From Zygnema circumcarinatum SAG 698-1b (taxonomy: Eukaryota; Plantae; Zygnematophyceae), in the NCBI GenBank assembly GCA_037447605.1, contig CM074805.1:4311361-4375360 (forward strand): a stretch of 64,000 nt of DNA. Reading direction: 5' to 3'. Under the pieces are notes generated by a model that saw nothing but the letters and a program-made list of their open reading frames with translations, was not told the origin of the DNA and ran no database searches. Positions 53,101-64,000 of this stretch are shown here, piece by piece (the first letter of the stretch is position 1; the number at the start of each line of letters is the position of its first letter). The position numbers and the translations under genes are program-made.

Positions 53101-56100
53101 TGAAGAGCTTGTAACTGGCCCAAGGAGCACGTCGGCTGTCCGAAAAGCCTTGTTATTACACATGGCAAGTCTGTGCCGCTTCTTTGGTCGAAAATACAGC
53201 AACGACTTTCTTCTGCCTTTACTTATCACTTTTTTGAACGACAGAGATGATCAGGTTCGAGCAGCGTTTTTTGAGCATGTTGCTCAAGTGTGCGTCTTTG
53301 TAGGGCGGACATCCTTGGAAGCTTTTCTCCTTCCCTGTATAGAGCAAGCACTTAACGATATGGAGGAGGCAGTTATTGTCAGTGCTCTCGGCTGTTTGAC
53401 TTCTCTGTGTGTTAAAGAGCAGCTGAGAAAGCGGGTTCTTTTGGGAGCAGCAGAAAGGACTGCTCCTCTTTTGTGTCACCCAAGTGCATGGGTGAGGCGA
53501 GCAGCGGTTGCTTTCATTGCCGCTTCCGGGGCTCAACTTGCCCCTGCAGATGCCCATGCTCTGTTAGCCCCTCTTTTAGCTCCTCTTGTGAGAAGGGAGC
53601 CCACCAGTCTTTCCTCAGAAGCTGCAATACTGACATGCCTGAAACCGCCAGTTTCTCGGAGGTTTTTCAACTTAGAGCTGAGCAATGCCCTGCAGTCGAT
53701 ATCGAGCACTGCCAATGTGGGGGGGTCTAAACCGTCAGATAAGCTGCCTAGCAACTTTCGGCAAGTGAGGCTCAATGGTTTGTCAGCTTCAGATCTTGTG
53801 GCATCTCCCTTCTCTGCAGGCCGAGATCATAATGGTGTCAGTAAACAGTCACTTTTGTCTCCCTCAAAGCGAGGCATGTTGGATGGAGGAGCAGGCCCGA
53901 CAAGTCCCTCTGGAGATTCTGGAGAAACGGAGGATGGCGAGAAAGTTCGAGCACTACAAGGCTATATTCGCAATTCTTCTAGCGTAATTCACTCGAAGAT
54001 AAAGCAATGGGAGGCAGAAGGGACTGACAAATTCAGACCGCCGGTGCCATCATTGCGTGCAACTTCTGTTGCAGGCCCTGCACAGAACCTCGGAAACTTT
54101 GATGGAGGGCAGGATTTGCCTTCTGTCGGAATCCCTGTTTACTCCCTTTTGTTACCCGAAAGAAAGCCTGAGCCTACATCTGCAGATGGCGATGCGGGTC
54201 AAGGAGCCGAACCAAGCGACTCCTTTGTCAGCTCAGAGTGGAATAGAGCCGTTGGGGTGCGGCGGGCAGCCTTAGGAATGGGAAGTGCGTTTGCAGGGGA
54301 GCCAAGGGGGCCCGTAATTAACCTCGTTGCACCACCCACAGGCCATTCCTTCTTGCCAGCCGCCTCTCAGCACATGCAGCGGTCTATAGCGCTTGCAGGC
54401 CCACCTTTAGTGCATAATTCTATAGCCACCTCTCGGTATTCCGGCGTTTGGGAAGACGTTACTAGGACCCTTGGACCAGTAGCAGCACTTTCCGGGTCGG
54501 TTACTGCAGGAGGGATTGGTGGTGCTGTGCCGGCAAGGATGAAGCCGGCTGGAAATTCACAGGTTGGAATTGGGACTTCTTCGCCGGTTGGAGAGAATGC
54601 CTCTTCTGACGGGCTCATGCGGGACCCTGTAACAAAGCTAGTAGGAATAAGCTTCACAATGGGAAGTTCAACAGACCACACGTGGCGGCCTAAGGGAGTG
54701 CTGCTAGCTCACCTTCATGAGCATCAGAAAGCTGTAAACCAGGTGGCTGTATCACCGAGCAACAGTTTCTTTGCCAGTGCTTCAGATGATGGCACAGTGC
54801 GAATCTGGGACTGCCGGCGATTGGAGAGGGATTTGTTATTCAAAAGTCGCCTTACGTATGGAGGCTTGCAAGGGAGGGCCTTGTGTGTTACCATGCTAGA
54901 TGGGAACCTTGTCGCAGCATCCTCAAGCACTGGGTCTGTTCATGTCTTCCATGTTGACTATGTTGCTCGTAGTGAGACTAGTCCTGAACGCTATACTGGC
55001 GTGTCGGATGTGCGGAAAGTAGAGGGCAACCAAGGCCCTGTTCTTTCCCTACAAAGCGTTACGGGAGACGGGCCAGTGCTAGTCCTTTACAGTTCTTTGA
55101 AAGGCGGTTTGCACCTTTGCGATACGCGTCTTCAAAAAGAGGCATGGGTCCTGAAACAGCCCTCCTCATACGGCTATATTTGCAGCTCTACCCTGCATCC
55201 CGGAGACCATTGGGTTGTGTCAGCAACCTCCCGAGGAGTGCTGACATTGTGGGATCTACGCTTTCGCCTTCCAGTGAATATCTGGCAGCATCCCTCGGGC
55301 GGCAAAATTGATGCTTTGGCTGCTCTCCTCCCAGGAGTCGGAGCTCTTTCAGGACCAGCTTCTTTTCCTCCTCCACATGCTCGGCCTTTGGTGTACGTCG
55401 CTGCTGGCAGAGAAGAGGTCGGACTTTGGAATGCTGAAAATGGTACATGCCATCAGGTGAGACAGCATGCCGTCAGCTCCTTTACGTCAACTTTCTGTAT
55501 TGTCGCTCCACGTGGGACGAGAAAGAAAATTAGAGGAGTGGTTGCTGTTTCATAGACGTTTGGAGAGGAGGCTGTGATGATAAGATGTGCTTTACACGCG
55601 GCATATAAACTCTGTGACATGCATGAGAGTGTCAGTGTGGAGATGTATGCTTATGCATTACAGCAACTCGAGTAAATGTCCTGTTACAGTTGGTTGGTCA
55701 AAATCGTAAACAGAAAGGTAATATTGATCGATGAATCAACCTGATTTTTATTGAGGCTTCAGGCATGGAGATTGTTAGTTGGCTTAATTTTCCCTTCATG
55801 GTCAGCATAAGTTCATGGGTTCTTGCAGAAAGCGACATCGCGCGTACACGTAGACTACGCTGCAATGTGTGCCCCAATATGGCTCGTCGTTTGTGTATTT
55901 AAGGTGTTTTGAGTGCAACTTTTTCTTACAGAGTCTACCACAAACCTTCCTTTTCTTGTAGGTTTTGCGAGTTGCTTCACCATCAGCTGTCAATGAACGA
56001 GCAGCCCTTTCCGAAACACCTGCAGCACTTCTGCCTGTACGGTCCAGCATAGTGCTCCCTACGAATGCGAAGACGCAAGGGGGAGGAAAAGCCTCTCCGG

Positions 56101-56967
56101 CAGGAGACGTCCTTGGAATGGAAGAGCTGAACTCCCCTGCTCCTCCTCTTCCTGGGTTTCGAGCTCTCCTACCTGTTGTAGGAGGGGCCACACTGATAAC
56201 AGCAGGAACAGACTGTCGGATTCGGCAATGGGATCGTCTGAGGTGGGCTCAACCATACCTCTTGCAACTATCACTTGGACTATGTTTCAGACTGCAGTTT
56301 GGGTTTTGGGTCCGATTTGCTTCATTTGAATCTTCCTTTGTGATGCCCCCCCCCCCCCTCCCCCCAATTCGCTGAGGAAGCAAAGGGTATCGTTTGACTG
56401 TGACGATTAAGATCGAACCGGACCGCTTCTATGTACCTCTTAACCATGTTGGTGTGTGTTTTGTACCGGCCGGCGGCTGCAGGCCCGATAAGAGCCACTG
56501 GATATGTGGACCCCCTGTGCCTGGGGAGGTCCCCAAACTGCAGTACGATTCACGTACTCACAGTGGCGTGCGCGTTTTGCAGGTCAGGGGCTGCCACATA
56601 GCTCCGTCTCATTCTTGGCTGAATTCCTTTTGCATCCTTTCCATCCGATCATGTTTGTTGCTCATGCTCCGGACACAAGTATGAACAAATAACGGGACTT
56701 CTGGCCTTGCTCTGCTGTCATAGAAACATGCGAAGCTCGTAATTTGACTGTTGTGTTAAAAAAAACGTTTTGCAGGAGCTGGTCGGCCCTTCGAACAGCA
56801 CTTCTGTAGAGGGAGGGGCGCGATTGCAGCAGAATTTCCTCTCGGCAGCAGCCAATGATGGCGCAGGATGCCACCGAGATACTATTTTGTCCTTATCTTC
56901 GGTGCAAGTCAGCCAGAGACTGCTCATCTCAAGCAGCAGAGACGGCGCCGTCAAGGTGTGGAAATAG
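47133..56967 (+). CDS. VPS15: VPS15 / PI3K regulatory subunit 4 (pseudokinase, HEAT, WD40) with an inserted DysF-like segment; 14 exons, about 1915 aa
   Basis: join(47133..47327,47442..47516,47747..47869,48298..48343,48619..48779,49132..49211,49671..49776,50055..50231,50578..51255,51605..51791,52110..55456,55962..56242,56483..56582,56776..56967) = 5748 nt. Motifs: MGNQ myristoylation-type start, [41 protein letters not shown]40 [19 protein letters not shown], terminal [11 protein letters not shown]. Confidence 0.93.
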
Positions 56968-58092
56968 CTTCTGCCCGAGGGTCCACTTGTACTATGGGCT
57001 GCGACCTTTCCATGTACACGCAGTTACGGTTATGTAGCACGGACTTAGATCGGCGAGAGGACGGGCGGCGAATTGCACACTCGGTATCATTGAGGCCTCT
57101 ACAATTCTTCACTTCAACTGATTAACATTTTTTATGCGGCCTCTGTGTGGGTGAGGTGTGCCCTTACCCGTCTCTGTGTAGGCTTGTACATTCTATACGT
57201 GTGCTTACAGGACACCAGAAATAAGGAGTTGCGGTCTGTAGATTCTGAGGAGTGAATAAAATGGACCATTGTTGTAAATTACTTCATTCCAACCGTGTTG
57301 TCACTGAATGCCAAAAAATGGCAATGCGTGTTCAATCCAATTTTTTAGGTACGTTTTGCCCCGTTTCAGTTTGATTAGTTCAGCCTGCAACACGTATGTG
57401 CGCAAGCTTCTTCATTAACCAGTTGAAAAATCAAACAGTTGGATTTTAGGATTTGTAGGGTCTCAGTCATTGTAGGGTTTTGGTTTTATCGTAGGCTTTG
57501 TAGGAAGTCCAGGGGGAACCCACATTTACGTCTAACTTCTTTACAAGTTGGACCCAGACAACAAGTTGGATTATTATCAACAAAGTTTTCAAGGAAAATC
57601 GAAAAACCTTGGCAAGATTCGCAAGCATTCGAAAGCATATATGACTTAATTCTTGCCTGAAAGAGAAAAACGAAACTGTCTATATAGGAATGCCAATTTC
57701 CATTGATCTTCTTTCAGCAAGAACTAGAGTCCACTTCTGTCCATTTTTTTTGGGAAGTGTGATTCGAATTCTTTTTCAACGGGCGGAACAAAACATTGGT
57801 TGTGATAAGCAGGGATTTTTTTATTTTTCTTTCAATTCAACAGAGAACTGCAAGTACAACGGGATTCCGTGCTCAGCAACTGCTGTGCACAGTGCGGTAC
57901 ATGTTGGAACAGAAACAAAAGGACAAACGACATGCAGAAATGAATCAGCCGCATAGAAGACGAGACCAGTTCCCACCAAAAACTGAAATTGCACACCTCC
58001 CATGCTGCAGCTGCAAAGAGGTGAAATCTAGCGCCCCTGAGTGCAGCTCAAGAGAAAATTCCACCAAAATATGGACATTCGGAGAAAATCTT

Positions 58093-61000
58093 CTATTGCT
58101 TCGATTTCTTTGATGGTGGAGGCCCCATTGTACTGCTGATATCTGGTTTCCGTTTAATCCCCAAGAAGTGCTCCACCTGCATGCCTCATCCCCCCCCCGT
58201 AAGATGGTAAATTCAAATCAGTCGATTTGGAAATATCATCGTTTGAGCAGCCTTTACCTCCACAGATCACACGCGCCTCAGAAAATGTCCTCTAAAGCAC
58301 GTACATGTTCAAATAAAACCCCCTCGAATGACCCATAGATAATTCCAGTGATATCGTCGTCCCCTCTATATAAGCGGGTACAACAGAGAACCTCCACTTC
58401 TTGGACCACCTAATCGTCAACCCATCCTTCGGTCTTTAGGGTTCCAAAAGTGGAAATCACAATCACAATTGTTCAAATCGGCTAACAAGCCTTTTGCGAC
58501 GTTCACACAGCTTGCTGCCAATTTTCCCTCCCAGTCTCTCACCTTGCTGTCGCCAAGCATAGGCGTAAGGCTGCCTGGAATCTTCTTGTCTCCCAACATA
58601 GGGGTCAGGCTCCCAATGTGCTCCTTCTCCACTCCAAAAGTATTACGAGGATCACTTGTCTGCCTGCCACTCTCCCGCCATCTCACCGGCTCGGTCAGAT
58701 CCTCTCACACATGATAAAATGAAAACAAATACGCCATAACAAAAGCCAATAAAAGGGAGGAAGGTACAAAGCTTCAAAACTCACCCTGGTTTAATCTGCC
58801 CACTGATCACAATGTAGGGCGCATTCATCTGCGCCTGCACCTCACGCATCCTCTCCATGGACATGAGAGGGGTGTCTCCTGCAGTCATCTTCTTCCGTTT
58901 GAGCTCCTCATTGTACTGTTTGATCCTCTTCTCCTGCTTCAGCTTTCCAGGGCCCTTTCCATGGAACTTGTGTGAAAGAACCCGGAATGCCTCCTTCGGA
59001 GTCATCTGTATACAGCCCTCCACAAGACACGAAGGTGTCACACATGAATTCTCTGCCTCTCTCATCCTTGTTCTAACCTCCTCATTCACGATCACACACC
59101 CTCATGTGTTCTACTGCTGTCAAGCAAAACAACACATGCAAATCAGAGACAGTTTCGCCTACCATCCAATCTTCCGCGGTAGAAAAGCAAGCACCATGCA
59201 ACCAAGAACTTCACTCTCATATCAATCTCTCCATTCTCAAATAGTGCAATTACCATAAATGTGCATTTTTTCTACCCACAGTTTCATCCACTATCGTAGA
59301 GGTAAGGAGGACATCTCTCTAAGACCTCACCTCTCGTCCGAACTCATCCCGCCGATCAATGCGAATTTCCTTCTGTCCCGATGGTGCTACAGAATCCAAA
59401 ATGCCCACAAGCTTGCTCTTCTTTTTGTCCATATTCCGACCGCCCCATTCAGGGTCTTTCTGCAGAGCCCCTCTATCCTTAAGGAGATGCAATATCCCAG
59501 CAAGTCCCTTGCCTACAGGGGCCTCTGCAATTGTATCGTCATCTTCATCCTCTCCCTCCTCTTCCTCCTCCTCCTCCTCTCCCTCTCCATCCTTTCTCCC
59601 ACTACCCTCCTGTTCCCCTTTCACTTCCCTCCACCCCCCCCCTCCCTGTTCTTCAGCAATAGGCTCTGCAGCTGCTTCCTCCTCCATAACAACTTTTGCC
59701 TCTTCCTCCTCCTCTGCAAACACGTCTTTCTCTGCAATTCGCCTCGTGATAGCTGCACAGATAACACAAAGATAAAGAGAACCACAAGCACCTTGTCATC
59801 CTTAGCGTTTGATTACTCTATCATGCCATCGTTTCAGTTTCCGCAGTCAAGAACTGAACCGCTTTCCCGCTTCTCTATGTTTCACACATCCCAACTCCCA
59901 CAATATACCTTGCTTACAAAAACCAGAAATCATTAAGGCTGCCCCATAAGCTGAGAGGGAAGGCTGTCCCAATACATACCATCATCCAACTGCAAGCTTC
60001 GGCAAAACTCCCCTGTATCTGTGAATATTAGCCCTCCTCCGAACCCCGCTTCACCTCCTCCCTCCCTTGGCTCCTTCTTCACCTCCTTCAGCTCTGCCAA
60101 CCTCTCTACCAGCGTCTGACGACCAGCCATGGCTGCCGTCTCTGCTCTCTTCCTCAAAGCAGCTTGTCTCGCCATTTCCAACGACCTCTCTAACTCTGCA
60201 TCCTCCTCTGCACCAATCATCATATCCTCCTCCTCTTCCTCCTTCACCTCTTCCTTCACCTCTTCCTTCACCTCTTCTTTCACTTTTCCAGCACCATCCA
60301 CATCTTCAACAACAACAGCTATCTGCCCGCTGTTCCCTCCATCAACATCCATGTCTACCGTCTCCCTAAGAACTTTCGAATTTTCTACAGCTTTGTTGTA
60401 GGCTTTCTCATATGCAACACGCTTTTCTTCTGCCACTCTCTCTCTCTCCGCTACCTCCTTAGCAGCTCTGCGACTCCCCCGGTCTCCAATGGTTTCAGCT
60501 CCTCCAAGGCCCATTGCCTTCGCCTCTGCTTCAAGAGCATCATAGTCGAGAACCTCCTTTCTGCTTCGCACTTTTTTCTTTTTCTTAGGCTTTCTCATCT
60601 GTGACATTTCTTCATTTGTTAAGTAGTCACTCGACTTGACCAATATTGGACCCCCAAGGCTCTCCTTCTGTCCAGTCAAACCCTGCAACTTTCGTCTCAC
60701 CTGACCCACCCCGAAGCAAAACACATCCCTCCTTTCAGGTTAGGAAAGCTCCCTCGGACTTCCTCGGAAACCTAAAGCGAAAATAAGAAAATATTGTTGT
60801 TCCACATTCGAAAAGTTCAAATGCCAAATGCATTAATTTTGGTGACATTCGCGGAGTAAGGATTGAAATCAGCATCAACTGCATGCAAGACACAAATGCA
60901 TAAAACAAATGCATTGCTTTGGTAATGTCAATGTAAATGTTAACGAAGGTATGCTTCCTTACCTCTTCCAGCCGTTTGCGATTCTCCTCATCGATTCCTC

Positions 61001-61418
61001 CAGTAGCATCCAGTACTATGCCCTGCGAGAAAGAGATAGAAGCAACAAGGGGGGTATCTAGTCATGTTCAAAAGGATGAAAGGTCAAGAAGTAGAGACAG
61101 AAAGTTTCAAATGCTTCAGAAGTGAGCACATGCGCATTCATGCTGGTGACTTCAACCTTTAGTCCAATGCATGAAACAACAAGCGACGAGGAGGATCAAA
61201 TGAAAGCACATGAAGAAAACTCTCACCTCCTCAGGAAGAGCTTCATCATATTTGGCCAATACTGAACGAGGTTTTTGGTCTATGTCATTGTCGAACCTGT
61301 TGATATGAGCCCCCAAAACAAAGTTCTGCTTCAATAACGCTCTGACCTCCAACTTCATCTTCTCTCCCTCCTCACTGCTTCCCTGCCTCCCCTCCTCCCC
61401 TCCCCCTCTCTCTCTCTC

Positions 61419-61470
<52 letters not shown>

Positions 61471-63980
61471 CCTCTCTCTCTCTCTCCCTCTCTCTCTCTG
61501 ACATCTCCCTTCCACCCGCCTCGCCCCCTTCCCTCACATCCTCGCTCATCCTTACCCTCACACCATTCTAATTTTTCCACCCACTCCTCCGCTCTCCCTC
61601 GAAAACCCTGGCAAGCATGTGAACTGTACTAGTGGCCCTCTTGAAAGTGAAGGGTTAGCTTTCATGCTTGATAGAAGCCCAATCGGAGCGGAAACGGATG
61701 CCATGGAAAATCGTACTCACTTGTCTTCGGTATTGCCGTAGGTTTTCTTTGCCTCCTTATACGCTTTCTCGCGAGCCAACTGCTCTGCGATCTCAATGTT
61801 TTCCAGCTCGTCCGTAGCTGCATATGGCAAACCCAGAATGAAAATATGAAAGCTGGTGAGGTCTGATGTGCAGCTACCATCCAATGAGAGTAGAGGGCTT
61901 TACGATAGATGCTGTGTAGCTCTATTGATGTGAATCCCCACTCTGACGCAAATCCTGGTTTAGAATTCATGTATTCATGAATAGCATGGACAACTTTGGC
62001 AGTAGAGGCAGCGAAAGCCTACATATTCACTTTACCGAGTCACCAAGGGAGTGAAACACTATATCTTCTCTTTCGGGAATTCTTAGCCAGACTATGCATA
62101 GCAGTGAATGGGAACAAACAAAATAAACAAATGAGTTCATACATTTCGAAGGAGGAGCCATTTTGGATTCAACAAACTCAAACACTCACAACGAAAATGC
62201 GTTTCATGTAAATTTAGGGCTCCGGAAAAAGACTCTTGAACTAGCGTCAGTGACTCACTGACCTTCGTTGACATCTCCACCGTCCAAAATTGAGGAATCC
62301 TTTAAAGTGAGAATCACCCCTCCTCCCTCCATGACTTTGTCGAGACCATGTCTGACCTTCAGTCCCGCAAGATCTTCTGTTCCCTTCACACCACCCTGCA
62401 TCTGAGTGAATCTCCTAAAAGTAAAGCTCCATCATAAGCATCAGTAACTGCAGCTCTAGCAAAGCTTATACGAACGAAAAGCTGAGAACATGCAAATTCA
62501 ATCAAGGAATCCTTAATCGTGCTTTACTAAACCTCCTGGCACAGATTTTCAGACCCAAAACAATTATGGAAGCATTCGTGTGTATTAGAAAGACAGGTCT
62601 GTCAAGTTGCCCCGTATTTGCTTACTTGAGTCATAGGCAGAATCTTGTGGAAAATCCTCGTCCTCGTCTGCACCTTCATCCTGTAACATGCAAAGTCCGA
62701 GACATATTCAGCGAAAAAACGTCTCATTTATACAAGGATTACAACGCGCAAAGGTCAATCATAAGGTCAGTAACTTGATTCAAAAAAGGAGTGTAGGAGA
62801 AAGCAAGATCCTGCTAGGCTGTATAGGAAGGTGAAGAAAATCACCATTTCTGAAAGCATTCTTGCAGTGCGAGCAGCTTTGGCTCTTTCCTCTGCCCTCC
62901 TTCTCTCTTCTAAGATCCTGCTCTTCATGACCCAATCTCCAATATCATCCTCTGCCTCATCTGCAAGCGGAGATTCACCTGCCCTAGTCTTCTTCTCCTT
63001 GCTCTTAAGTCGCTCCTCCCTCATCCTGCACACCACCAGAACAGCTGCTCAGACCCTCACTATCGTCAGCATACCCCATACTTCAATGATCTGCAACAAG
63101 CAGAGTCACGGAAACATGGCATTAACAACGTTGCCAACAGCATCAGCTTACAGCAATGCTTCAGTTTTAGAATACCGTGAATGGTTCAAAAAAAGAAATG
63201 ACGGAAAAGAAGAACATGGAGGTTACATTATTGCGAGAAGAAAGCACAAGAATGCAATGTGAAGAATGTCTTCAAGTGAAATAATGGCTGGTTTACGCCA
63301 AGAAACGAGCCACGTTATTGATATTGCTTTTAACCCGAAGTTCACAAGACCCTAGATAATTCATTGCCGACCATAAGTAAGTGGAAGAGTCTCCGAGTCC
63401 TGCATATGCAAGTAACTTTATCTTGAGAACTGGTCTAAGAGAAAGCTACGCTGCAAAGGGTGAAAACATGAAGTTCGCTATTGAATGTGGCAGACTATTC
63501 AGGAATTAAAGAACAAGGAGGCTGACCTCGAGTATGCTATTAGCCGCACTTTATGTCATTTCGAAATATTGGTGCTTGATTGCATGCATAATCAGATAGT
63601 AGTGACAAGAATTGTTCTCAGAAGTACAGTGTACATTTTTTTAATCACGATATCTTCAGTGTACTTCCTCAAATTAATCATCCCTGACTTGCTTAAGCAA
63701 AGTGCTTATCAAAACACTAAACGTAAAATTGGTAGTAACTTCAACAAACCAGCTTTTACTATGAAGGTAACTCATAGTTAAGCATCACAGCACAAAAATG
63801 CCGTCTTTGTCAATTGAATTGGATTCTCCTTCAACCTTCGGGAAAAATAGCTTACCTGACAATCTTGTCCTCCAGCTCACTGCTTGACGCCTCTGCCCCT
63901 TTTGCTGCTTTAGTTTCTCCCCGTCCTGTACTCCTATGCTCCGCGTGCTCACGCCTTCCATGGCGGTCCGGCTCTGTTCT
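58093..63980 (-). CDS. SART1: SART1 / Snu66 / DOT2 U4/U6.U5 tri-snRNP protein, 5'-partial (start lies beyond the window)
   Basis: Exons (minus strand): 63856..63980, 62845..63025, 62626..62680, 62263..62376, 61721..61817, 61227..61296, 60963..61022, 59980..60700, 59331..59731, 58785..59005, 58543..58663, 58093..58176, all phase-compatible. Motifs: [71 protein letters not shown]. Confidence 0.9.
61385..61500. repeat. (CT)n tract in a SART1 intron
   Basis: CT dinucleotide run with few interruptions. Confidence 0.88.
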
Positions 63981-64000
63981 CTGATCAGCCACATTACTTA

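Noticed and set aside
57400-57600. Recurrent TGTAGG and AGTTGGA words between VPS15 and SART1
   Set aside because: Short and irregular; no TIR, TSD or stable fold found.

Overview
Eukaryotic, intron-rich nuclear DNA from a green-plant-lineage organism. A streptophyte (charophyte-grade) alga is my inference from plant-type but divergent CCD1, SPP, villin and SART1 genes; the species cannot be determined from the sequence. I reconstructed 12 protein-coding loci by hand from GT/GC-AG junctions and frame continuity: NDB-type NAD(P)H dehydrogenase (-), CCD1 (+), two tandem secreted CHRD-domain genes (+), sucrose-phosphate phosphatase (-), a GT37-like fucosyltransferase (+), a secreted protein with two T4-lysozyme-like domains (-), a RIN13-like Cys/His protein (+, 3' end unresolved), villin (-), ELP3 (-), VPS15 (+) and a 5'-truncated SART1 (-). 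There is also a 941-bp fold-back transposon, many GA/CT and other simple repeats, and one 10-N gap. No tRNA, rRNA or CRISPR array was seen. The most unusual observations are: (1) a double T4-type lysozyme with an altered catalytic set; (2) a DysF-like domain inserted into VPS15; (3) a ~52-bp dyad CCAAT-N10-CACG module that occurs four times, once as cargo inside the transposon; (4) a miRNA-like 42-bp hairpin upstream of NDB whose arm shares 13 exact nt with the last NDB exon. All family assignments come from motif recognition, not database searches.
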